Part shown: piece by piece, positions 50,901 to 60,710 of the stretch | Numbering within the stretch: position 1 is the first letter of the stretch | Layout of the letters: each line of letters begins with the position of its first letter | Assembly (NCBI GenBank): GCA_002269645.1 | Contig: NIVC01000153.1 | Location: forward strand, 62,001-126,000 | Direction: 5' to 3' | Length of the DNA: 64,000 nucleotides | DNA from: Macrostomum lignano | Lineage: Eukaryota | Position numbers and translations under genes: made by a program | The notes under the pieces: generated by a model | The model's database searches: none | Seen by the model: only the letters and a program-made list of their open reading frames with translations | What the model was told of the DNA's origin: nothing

Positions 50901-52835
50901 TACGCATTATAGACTTTATTAAGCTGTAGTTTTATTATTTTTAAATGAAAATTAAACGAGAAATAATATAAAAGCATACAATAATAAATGAATAATGCCA
51001 TAGCACAATGTTTGAATTTAGGAAAATAACGCCAAGAGTGGGCAACATTCGCTTGCACTTTGTGAACATGTAGCTAACGCAGTATTTAGCAGTGTTAAAA
51101 TAACCTGAGGGTCCGTGGAACAGTGATTGATAATGAAATATTAAAAAGTTTTTTAATGCTTCGTGATACACGACACACGATAACGATATGATTGACGTGT
51201 TTCAGTCATTGATTTAAATTATTAAAGCATTAAAGGGTTTTTCATGCCTCAAACTCCAGAGCCGCCATTTATGCCAACCGCCACATGCTGGAGCTGTACC
51301 GCACCAGCCACCCAGACCGGTTGGCGACCGCCCAGTCAATCCCGGACGGTCCCAAGATCATTGGTAACGTGTACATTCATCCGACCGCTACTGTGAGCCC
51401 CACAGCCGTGCTCGGTCCCAACGTGTCCGTCGAACGATTCGTAACCATTGGCAACGGGGCTCGGGTTCGCGAATCGATTCTGCTTCAAGGCGCCGTAGTG
51501 CGCGACCACGCCTGCGTGTTATTCGCCGTGCTGGGCTCCAGTGCTACGATTGGCGAATGGACCCGGGTTGAAGGCACGCCAACCGATCCGAATCCCAACA
51601 AGCCGTTTGCTAAAATTGAAACGAAAGATTTGTTTAATGAGAAGGGCCAGCTGAATCCGTCATGCACTGTCATTGGTGAGTAGAGGAGGGAAGGTTTTTG
51701 AAATCGAAAGTACGTTTTTTATATATGTGGTAATACTGCTCATTAAGTAGATAAAGCATTCCTTCCTAATTTACTTCGAAAAGTTGCTTCGCTAAAAAAT
51801 CTGTAATACGTGATTCGTAATAAATCCCCTCTCCGGCCACCTCCCCGGCCATCCCCTCCAACCACCTCCCCGGCCATCCTCTCCAACCACCTCCCCGGCC
51901 ATCCCCCCAACCACCTCTCTGGCCATCCCTCCAACCACCTCCCCGGCCATCCCCTCCAACCACCTCTCCGGCCATCCCTCCAACCACCTCTCCGGCCATC
52001 CCCTCCAACCACTTCCCCGGCCATTCCCCACCAACCACCTCTCCGGCCATCCCCTCCAACCACCTTCCTGGCCATCCCCTCCAACCACCTCTCTGGCCAT
52101 CCCCTCCAACCACCCCCCGGCCATCCCCTCCAACCACCTCTCCGGCCATCCCCTCCAACCACCTCCCTGGCCATCCCCTCCAACCACTTCCCCGCCATCC
52201 CTCCAACCACCTCTCTGGCCATCCCCTCCAACCACCTCCCCGGCCATCCCTCCAACCACCTCTCTGGCCATCCCTCCAACCACCTCTCTGGCCATCCCTC
52301 CAACCACCTCTCTGGCCATCCCCTCCAACCACCTCCCGGCCATCCCCTCCAACCACCTCTCTGGCCATCCCCTCCAACCACCTCTCTGGCCATCCCCTCC
52401 AACCACCTCTCCGGCCATCCCCTCCAACCACCTCCCCGGCCATCCCTCCAACCACCTCCCGGCCATCCCCTCCAACCACCTCCCCGGCCATCCCTCCAAC
52501 CACTTCCCCGGCCATCCCTCCAACCACCTCCCGGCCATCCCCTCCAACCACCTCCCCGGCCATCCCCTCCAACCACCTCCCCGGCCATCCCCTCAACCAC
52601 CTCCCGGCCATCCCTCCAACCACCTCCCCGGCCACCCCTCTCCAACCTATCCTATCCGGCCCTTCAGTGTATCGCTGCTGATATTTTATGAGAATATCAA
52701 CATTAATTTTATCAATATGAATTTTCACTTCAGGCTCGCACGTGTCCGTGGCACCGGAGACAATAGTTCGCAATTCCATTGTCCTGCGCGCACAAAGAGT
52801 TGGATCGCAGCTACAGAAACCAAATTATCCTGTGA
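38966..52835 (+). CDS. GMPPA: Mannose-1-phosphate guanyltransferase alpha, 5 exons, about 428 aa; last exon has an apparent +1 frameshift
   Basis: Exons 38966-39475, 40009-40139, 40243-40371, 51260-51675, 52734-52835. Motifs: [107 protein letters not shown], and a shifted (P)HKELDRSYRNQIIL*. Confidence 0.93.
39590..39830. repeat. Intronic pyrimidine-rich minisatellite, about 25-bp CTCTCCCCTGCTCTCTTCTCTACCG
   Basis: Tandem copies in GMPPA intron 1. Confidence 0.88.
40485..41740. repeat. Intronic minisatellite, 30-bp CCACCTACTCAGTTCTCTTCCCGAAGTTTA
   Basis: Tandem copies in GMPPA intron 3; explains the 476-aa ORF 40372..41802. Confidence 0.95.
42196..49002 (-). CDS. Large coiled-coil protein with about 20 tandem 32-aa repeats, about 1586 aa, nested antisense in GMPPA intron 3
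   Basis: Exons 49002-48859 (MSDDVNKLADS), 48582-48532, 47086-47001, 46675-42196 sum to 4761 nt in phase with canonical splice sites. Repeats such as QLDAEQYNQQLETMKAQLKDAAEQIANLTQSK diverge at DNA level while the 4.5-kb frame stays open. Confidence 0.85.
47530..48050. repeat. Intronic minisatellite, 28-bp CATGAGCTTTGACATTTCAAAACTCACC
   Basis: Tandem copies in an intron of the nested gene. Confidence 0.9.
50051..50510. mobile_element. Foldback/MITE-like element with about 160-bp inverted arms
   Basis: TCATGGATGAAGGAATAGAAATGATTGCTCATCTGAAAGCGAGTCTATG... at 50051 is matched in reverse complement by ...CCATAGACTCGCTTTCAGATGAGCAATCCTTTCTATTCCTTCATCCATGG ending near 50510. Confidence 0.8.
51825..52650. 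repeat. Intronic minisatellite, 24/25-bp CCATCCCCTCCAACCACCTCTCCGG
   Basis: Fills GMPPA intron 4; explains four overlapping ORFs. Confidence 0.94.
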
Positions 52836-53431
52836 TTCTTCAAATTGTACTAGCTACGTACAAGCTTTGGTGTCAGTTCAGCTTGACTTGAGAAATATTC
52901 GAAACTTCATTTAAATTTAGGCCTTCACCCACGCACTTTGTTAGTTTTTTCCCTACTCTCGTGGCATGCTTGATTATTTTGAGAGAAAATTCAGTTTTAT
53001 TTCTGACACCTGTATGCGCGCGCCAGCTCTTCAAAAATTATAATAAATTGCATTCTGTTTCTTTGTCTAATTTATAGTGCGCACAAGGTAGGTTTATCAT
53101 TTTAACTTTGTGAAAAATTCTGTGACTATTAGCTGTTTTATTTTTCTTCATATTGTAATTTAGCCTACTCTGACTCTGCACACACCGAATTGTGTTCCAT
53201 TATAGAATTCACCAATTCATTAAAATCTTCCTAATTAATACACGGGACGGGGTATAAGAGCTAGACAATCATTAACTAAACGTTCCATCTCTCAGTTTTC
53301 CATCTGACATACGAGTTGATCATTAATTACTCATATCATTACCGGTTTAGTGATTGATTTTTGCTAAACAGTTTTGTTCTCTGTTCAGTTTTTTATAAGG
53401 TATGTGTCATCATCTAATTTAGGCTTGGAAT

Positions 53432-53700
53432 GCTGCTAAGGGTTAGAGCGTCGAACTCACGACTGAAAGGTCGGGGGTTCGATTCCCGATCCACTCGGAA
53501 CAGTTTTTGTCCCTGAGCAAGACACTTAACTCTGCATTGCTTCAGTTCACCCGCTGTTAAATGGGTGCCAGCATTAGCTGGGGTAATTGAGGGTGTGAGT
53601 GGCGACCCCCAGTCCTTGGCCTGAACAGCCGTACGCAGCCTTCAGATGCGCCGCGCAAATAGCTGCGGCTGAGCTGTCGGTTGCACATCTGCACATAATA
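53432..53700 (+). mobile_element. tRNA-derived SINE with CORE-like domain, family B, copy 2
   Basis: GGTTAGAGCG / GGTTCGATTCC boxes; body near-identical to 36362-36650 (GTGCCAGCATTAGCTGGGGTAATTGAGGGTGTG...CTGAACAGCCGTACGCAGCC...CGGTTGCACATCTG). Confidence 0.85.
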
Positions 53701-53799
53701 TTGTATTATTACTACTGAACTAGCAGTAGTGCATTGAGAGCAGGTCGCGAGCAGACGAAATATTCGGGATCGCATACAAGAGGCATCCCAATCCCCTTG

Positions 53800-55116
53800 C
53801 AGGCGTGCAGATCAGCGTGCAGCCCGACTGGCCTTTGTCGCTGGCTGACGATGCGCCAATTTGGATCAACGTTCGCCAGCGTCGGCGGCCCGCAGACAGC
53901 GGTGGCGGCGGCAGCGCGCAGCAGCCGGACCTTCGAGCTCGAATTTCTCCGCTCCGACGCCCGCCTCGGCGCCGGAGGTGATGGCCGAAGTCGCGGACCA
54001 GCAGGATGAGATGGGGAGACGGCTACGGTGAAGCTGACACTCAGCCTGCGGAGCCGGGTCGCCTGTGCGTGCGCTACGTCTTCGGTGAGGCCGTCCACTT
54101 GGCAACGTTCCAATCGCCGCAAACTACTCTAGACGGGCCTCCATCAGGGCAAGGCGTCAACAGCATCGACGTCACACCTGGCGGCATCGGCGTCTCCTCA
54201 GACGCAGCCGGCCGGCTCCTCGTGTGGGACTCGGCCACCGGCGAGCCGCGGCGCCGGCTGGAGGGTACACAGGCACGTGTACACCTGCCGGTTCTTCCCT
54301 TCAGGCATTGTTGCTATGAGCGGCGGCGCCGACTGCCGCATCCGCGTTTGGGCTTGCGACACCGGCGTCTGCGCCGCCGTCATTGTCGGGCACGTCGGCG
54401 GCGTAGTCGGCCTGGCGCCAATCGAACGCGGCCGAAATCTGGTGTCGGCTGGTCGAGACGGCGTCGTACGACTCTGGGATGTCGGCCAGCAGCGGTGCCT
54501 GGCCAGCTACGGGGAGGCGTCCAGCCCGCCAGATCCCGTCAACAGCCTGTGCCTTGTGACGCCTGGGCCGCAGCTGTTGCCGGCAGAGGCGGCGCCGGCG
54601 TCCGACCGGGAGATCGGCACGGCCGGCAAAGCGGCCCTGGCCGGGCACGAGTCCGGTTGGCTGGTCTGCTACGGCCTGGCTGGCCAGCGGCGCGCCGTCT
54701 GGCGGAGTCGCCAGCCGTCGGCTGTGAATTTTGTCTGCTCGGCGCCGACGCCTGACGCCGCGCTGGCCGCCGTTGGATGCGCCGACGGCCGCCTGCTGGC
54801 GCTGCGATTCGACCGGCTACAGACGACGTCAGAGTCTCTCGAAGAAGTCGCCGACGTTGATCATGTGGGCGAGGAGCAGCGGCTGCTGATGCTGGGCCCC
54901 CTGCTGTGCGGCGTCTTCCTGCGCCGACCCGACCGGTTGGCTGTTGGCGCCCAGAATGGCGCCTGCGCGCTGCTTAGCCTGGCGCCTAGCCAGCAGCCGG
55001 AGATTTTGATGCAGCTGACTGGGCCGGACTGCGATCCGGTCTACTGCCTGGCCTGGGACGCTTCCCATCTCTACACCGGGTGCAGGGACGGGCGAGTGAG
55101 GAAGTACCGCTGCTAG
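53800..55116 (+). CDS. PAAF1: Proteasomal ATPase-associated factor 1 (WD40, Rpn14-like), interrupted by apparent frameshifts; start codon not located
   Basis: QISVQPDWPLSL..IWINV (N-terminal IQxDW motif), GVNSIDVTPGGIGVSSDAAGRLLVWDSATGEPRRRLEG, then in another frame VYTCRFFPSGIVAMSGGADCRIRVW...GHVGGVVGLAPIERGRNLVSAGRDGVVRLWDVG...GPDCDPVY...YTGCRDGRVRKYRC*. Confidence 0.82.
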
Positions 55117-55284
55117 CTAACTGGACGAATTTTCTGCTTTTAAGTGTCTTGGTTGCCGCTAGCTAGGAATACCAAAGGTTAATGGTAACGACGATAAACG
55201 ATAGGCGTTTCTGTAAGACCTAACATACATGTAATTGAGTTTTTATAATACGAGCGTAATTGAGCCTTATGAGTTTTTAAGATT

Positions 55285-55975
55285 AGGGATTGTGAAGCTT
55301 GGGGATTGTGAAGCTGGGGGATTGTGAAGCTTGGGGATTGTGAAGCTTGGGGATTGTGAAGCTTGGGGATTGTGAAGCTTGGGGATTGTGGAGCTTGGGG
55401 ATTGTGAAGCTTGGGGATTGTGGAGCTTGGGGATTGTGAAGTTTGGGAATTGTGAAGTTTGGGGATTGTGGAGCTTGGGGATTGTGAAGCTTAGGGATTG
55501 TGAAGTTTGAGAATTGTGAAGCTTGGGGATTGTGAAGCTTGGGGATTGTGAAGCTTGGGGATTGTGGAGCTTGGGGATTGTGAAGTTTGGGAATTGTGAA
55601 GTTTGGGGATTGTGGAGCTTGGGGATTGTGAAGCTTGGGGATTGTGAAGCTTGGGAATTGTGAAGCTTGGGGATTGTGAAGCTTGGGGATTGTGGAGCTT
55701 GGGGATTGTGAAGCTTGGGGATTGTGAAGTTTGGGAATTGTGAAGCTTGGGGATTATGAAGCTTGGGGATTGTGGAGCTTGGGGATTGTGAAGCTTGGGG
55801 ATTGTGAAGTTTAGGGATTGTGAAGCTTGGGGATTGTGAAGTTTGGGAGTTGTGAAGCTTGGGGATTATGAAGCTTGAGGATAGTGGAGCTTGGGGATTG
55901 TGAAGCTTGGGGATTGTGAAGTTTAGGGATTGTAAAGCTTGGGGATTGTGAAGTTTAGGGTTTGTAAAACGTTTT
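55285..55975. repeat. Minisatellite, 16-bp TTGTGAAGCTTGGGGA (same family as 2296-3790)
   Basis: Tandem copies, same orientation as the first array. Confidence 0.95.
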
Positions 55976-56982
55976 GTTTAAATTTAGAAATTTAATGCTT
56001 TTTAAGGCTTTGGGAAGTTCTAGGCCTTGTCAATCCTCTGCCCAGACAGTCGAAATCCAATTTCCCTTCATAATTCACTGTCACAAGAGGGCCCGCGTGA
56101 ATCAAATACTTGGTATTTTCCAAGATTAGAGCTCGCACATTCATTTTAATCATAGCTTAAGATGTATTCAACTATTCATACATGGTATTTAAAATCTTAT
56201 TTCTCGTTCACTGTGCCTGCATTTTCTAATAATTTTCTTTATTTACCTTTTAATTGTACTCTTGAGAAATTGCTGCTTTAAATAAATGAACAATTATCAA
56301 AATACAAGCCTTCAACCTTTTGCAGCACTATGCAGCAAAGTCCTATATTGAAGATTAAATATGCATTTTACTTTTATATGAATTGTCCTACGCGAGCTTT
56401 AGTCAGCAAAAAAAGCTTAAAAGAAGTAACCTAATGAGAGAAAAAATCACCGATATCAGATTGCCTGCAGCTAACAGAGACGCTGGCTGCCGATGGATAA
56501 GCGGGAAATAAAATCGAAGCACACTCCTGCAAAACAAGTAAAACAGACAAAAAGCCACCGATATTGGGGGTTGAACAGAGTAAAAACTACAATATACTGC
56601 AGATATACGATGGTGGTGTCCTGCGAAATATACCACGACTGGTGCTATAATTTTCGACATAAGTCTCCAGCTTTCTCTCTAGACCTCTGCCACCGGCACC
56701 TCGTCCGTGACCCCCTTCCAGGCGGCGGTGTATGAGACTGTTTATCAAAGCAGTTTTTTGACAAGAGCACCAGTCTATATATTTCGCCGGATAATTCTTT
56801 AATAACACCTATAATGAAAGGTAAATAATGAGGATAAAACTACATCAGGGAGGAAAAGGGTGCAATAAATTGGAGAATTTAAAACTAACCAAATATTATC
56901 CTATCAATATATATATATATTTTTGTTTTATTGAGACGTACCAAATTTGGCACCAAATTGAAACGTCATTCCTACAAGTTTT

Positions 56983-59711
56983 TCATTGGCCATTCTTCGA
57001 CGTCCTGCGCCGCTTTGCATCGGACGCAGCTCCGCCGTCGTCGCCAGTCGCCGGTTTAGCGGCCTTCTCCAACGCCTGGTCCAAATCGGCCAGCAAATCG
57101 TCAATGTCTTCCAGGCCGACAGACAGCCGGACAAACGAGTCCGTGATGCCCAGCTCGGCCCGCTGGTCGGGCGGCACGGAGGCGTGAGTCATTATTGACG
57201 GCACTTCGGCCAGAGATTCGAAGCCGCCAAGCGACTCGGCCAGGGTGAACAGGCGCAGAGCGGAGACGAAAGCGGACGCGTCGACGCGTAGATAAGCGGA
57301 CACCATGCCGGAGTAGCCGCGCTGCTGACGCTTGGCCAGCTGGTGCTGCGGATGCGACTCCAGGCCGGGGTGCAGCACCCGGTCAACGTGCCGACTGGCC
57401 TCCAGATGGCGGGCCACGGCCAGCCCGTTGGCCATGTGCTGTCGCATTCGCAGCGGCAAAGTGCGCAGGCCGCGATGCGCCAGCCAGCAGTCGAATGGCG
57501 ACGGCGTGGCGCCCGCAGACTTCTGGTTGTAGGTGAGCCACTCGTGCAGCTGGGCGCTGTTGGTCATGCAGCAGCCCATCACTACATCACTGTGGCCTGA
57601 GTTGGGATTGTCGGGAATACAGCTGGGATTAACGAGAATACAGCTGGGATTAACGGGAATGCAGCTGTGATTAACGGGAATACAGCAAGGATTAACGAGA
57701 ATACAGCTGGGATTAACGGGAACACAGCTGGGATTGACAGGAATACAGCTGGGATTAACGGGAATACAGCTCGGATTGACGGGAATACAGCTGGGATTAA
57801 CGGGAACACAGCTGGGATTAACAGGAATACAGCTGGGATTAACGGGAATACAGCAAGGATTAGCGGGAATACAGCTGGGATTAACGGGAATACAGCTGGG
57901 ATTAACGGGAATACAGCAAGGATTAGCGGGAATACAGCAAGGATTAGCGGGAATACAGCTAGGATTAACGAGAATACAGCTAGGGCTAGGATTAACGGGA
58001 ACGAGTTTCAAACCTACATGTACGGAATCGAACCTGGGAATCTTCACTGACACTAGGGCCTATCACGCGTAGGAGTCATATGCAATAATTTATATTGCTA
58101 CTATGCTCACCATTAATGTACTTGGTCATCGAGTGCATGACAACGTCTGCGCCGAGTTCCAATGGACGCTTAAATAGTAAATATTTATTAAATCTATAGA
58201 ATCGCTGAAGGTACAGAAATCGAAAACATTCAAGTAATTATTTCTACCTGAAACACTGGCGATAAGAATGTGTTGTCGCACACCACTAGAATATCCTTGT
58301 TTACTTTTTTAACTGCTTTGGAAACTGCTTGAACATCAATCAGCTTCATCAACGGATTAGTTGGCGTCTCAATCCAAACCATGCGAACAGCCGAGTCGCT
58401 TTGCAAGCATTTGGCTAGGCCCGGCAAGTCGGTGGCCAGGTTAACGAAGTGTGTTTTGATGCCAGCATTGGATGATATGGTGCGGAAATACCGGTTGGTA
58501 CCTGTAATTCAGCCAGAGTATCGACTATTTATTTAAAAGCAATAAATTTTGTTAAGAGCTTAATTTAGTCAAGCTTAATATCATATTCGCCCGTCAAAAG
58601 ACCCAGCCAAGAAAAGTCGCAAAAATGTCCACCCAAAAGAGGTAGTACTAACTAGATGACGATGCATTACGCCTTATTAATACGGTTATAGTTACTCCTG
58701 CCATTTACCCAAAATTACGTTAATTTTGCTTGAGCTTTTTTCATAGGTAAGTTGCATTTTTGGTCAAAAAGTAAGTCGCAAACGCACAGCCAGTGTAAAT
58801 CATAGGGGGGGGGGTTGTGCATGTATGCATAATGGGTAAACAGTAGAGGTAACTGTAAAGCCATCTTATTAGCTGAATTAACTCACCACCATACACATCA
58901 TCATTGCAGATGACACTGTCTCCAGACTTGAGTTGCTGAACAAGCGCTGATTGGACAGCCAGACCGCTACTAAATGCAGCAGCAAATCTGGCACCTTCCA
59001 AGGTGGCGAGGGCTTTTTCTAAGAAATCACGCGTTGGATTACCAGCCCGAGAGTAGTCAAATCCCTGATATGGAAAACAGTTTATGAAATGTTTCTTTTT
59101 AGCTACTCTAAATAAATTGAATGTTACTACTATTGGTTATCCTAGTTACTACATAGTGGATAGGTAAAAAGACTAAGGATGAATCTTTTAGCCTCATGGG
59201 AATAGTTTTAAAGAACAAGATAATATATATTTAGTCTCTTTATTACTAATTGCTAATATAATATAAACTGTTGGACTTCTGCCTATAATTTTTTCTCTTA
59301 GAAAAGAAATGCATATAACTCATTCTAAAATGAAATTCTGATAGCTAATAGAAATATTTTCTTCATGATTGCATTGTTATTTATTATTTAATAATACAAT
59401 TATAGCCTAGTATAACTTTAATTAATATACATTATAACAATTATACATACATCTATACTTTGGGCTATCTTTTTCTGTGCTACCACGAGTACATTTTCAT
59501 TCAGGTAGGACTAAATGCATTGATTTTATGAAAAACTCACAAAATGTTCTCCAGGTGCCTTCTGGTAGAATGTTGTTGAAAGTGAGATAGGTGGAATGGC
59601 AGGGCAACTTAATGACTCGTGCTCTCTGGGATTGTAACCAGCATGAGTAGCTAAAGTATCGATACCCTTAAATGGCTCAAAGCCACTATCTTTCTGTATG
59701 TTTTGGCTCAT
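56983..59711 (-). CDS. CTH: Cystathionine gamma-lyase, 5 exons, about 424 aa
   Basis: Exons 59711-59541, 59064-58887, 58501-58248, 58168-58111, 57596-56983 sum to 1275 nt. Motifs: PPISLSTTF, YSRAGNPTR, AFSSGLA, DDVYGGTNRYF, WIETPTNP, DNTF, PLP lysine HSMTKYINGHSDV, FDCWLAHRGLRTLPLRM, LAESLGGFESL, RLSVGLED. Confidence 0.95.
57615..58000. repeat. Intronic minisatellite, 21-bp GGGAATACAGCTGGGATTAAC
   Basis: Fills CTH intron 4; forms the spurious PVNPSCI N-terminus of ORF 56983..58053. Confidence 0.94.
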
Positions 59712-60710
59712 TGTTCTCGATAGTTTATTTTGTAAGTTGAAATTGTTTAATAGAACTGATGATTTGAAATTTAATGAAGAACGATGTATAATTCTAGAAA
59801 AAATACTAGTAGAACTGGATAATTTTAAGAAATACAGTTTTGAGTGCAATTTTTTGTTATACAATGTTAAAGTATTCCTTCGTAGTCGGCACCTGCTGGT
59901 AAAGTGAAATTTGTAGTTTGTAGTTTGAAAAATGGACGAAACTTGGCATATTGAAATTGGAATTATTTGGTAAATAGAACAAAAAATTTTTGATGCAATG
60001 CATAATAAAAACTTTTCGTAGCTCTAAAATTGTTTACCCATGTAATTAGCAAAAAGATCAAAATCATTTTATTTGTTTTATTCACTTAATCTTTTACATG
60101 TTGTTTTAAATAATACGTACGGGCTTTTCTGTGAAATAGGTTACGGTGAGATTTAGATCCAAGCTGATCTTTACGTTAAATCTTTCATCGAGACCATCAT
60201 TGAAATATACAAGTTTTTTCCACTGGTATCGAGATTTTTTTAGTCAACAGGAAAAATTATTGCTTCAGCTTTTATTGCCTGTGTATCGTTTTTTAGTCTA
60301 AGTTCTAAGTTCTAAGTTCATTGCCATTGGCATTGGCCTATTTCAAAATTTACTTCAAATCATTGTAGCCCTACTATTAGTACTACTAATGCTAAATGAT
60401 CTATGATCTAAAATATTGTCTTAGAGTTCTAGCATTGATTTTTCAAATCAGTAGGCTTCATCAACTAGACTAATAGTAATATTATTTTATTTTATTTATA
60501 AAAATGCATCAGTTTAAGTTTGATCTAGGCCTGTTTTAGGCTAATCTCAAGAGTAGGCCCTAAAGTAAAGCTCCCTTTTAAAATTTTTTTAAAACCCAAT
60601 AGACTACAATCCTATAATATATTTTCAAATGGAGAGTGTATTTCATGAGCAGGTAAGGATGTGAGTCTATTTGTTGGTGTTTATTTATAATGGTGTGGGG
60701 TTATTTTGTT

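Noticed and set aside
51743-52779. Gly/Trp-rich and Pro-rich ORFs
   Set aside because: Translations of the minisatellite in GMPPA intron 4.
36799-59711. Functional gene cluster or operon (motors, dynactin, GMPPA, PAAF1, CTH)
   Set aside because: Mixed strands and unrelated pathways; no evidence beyond proximity.
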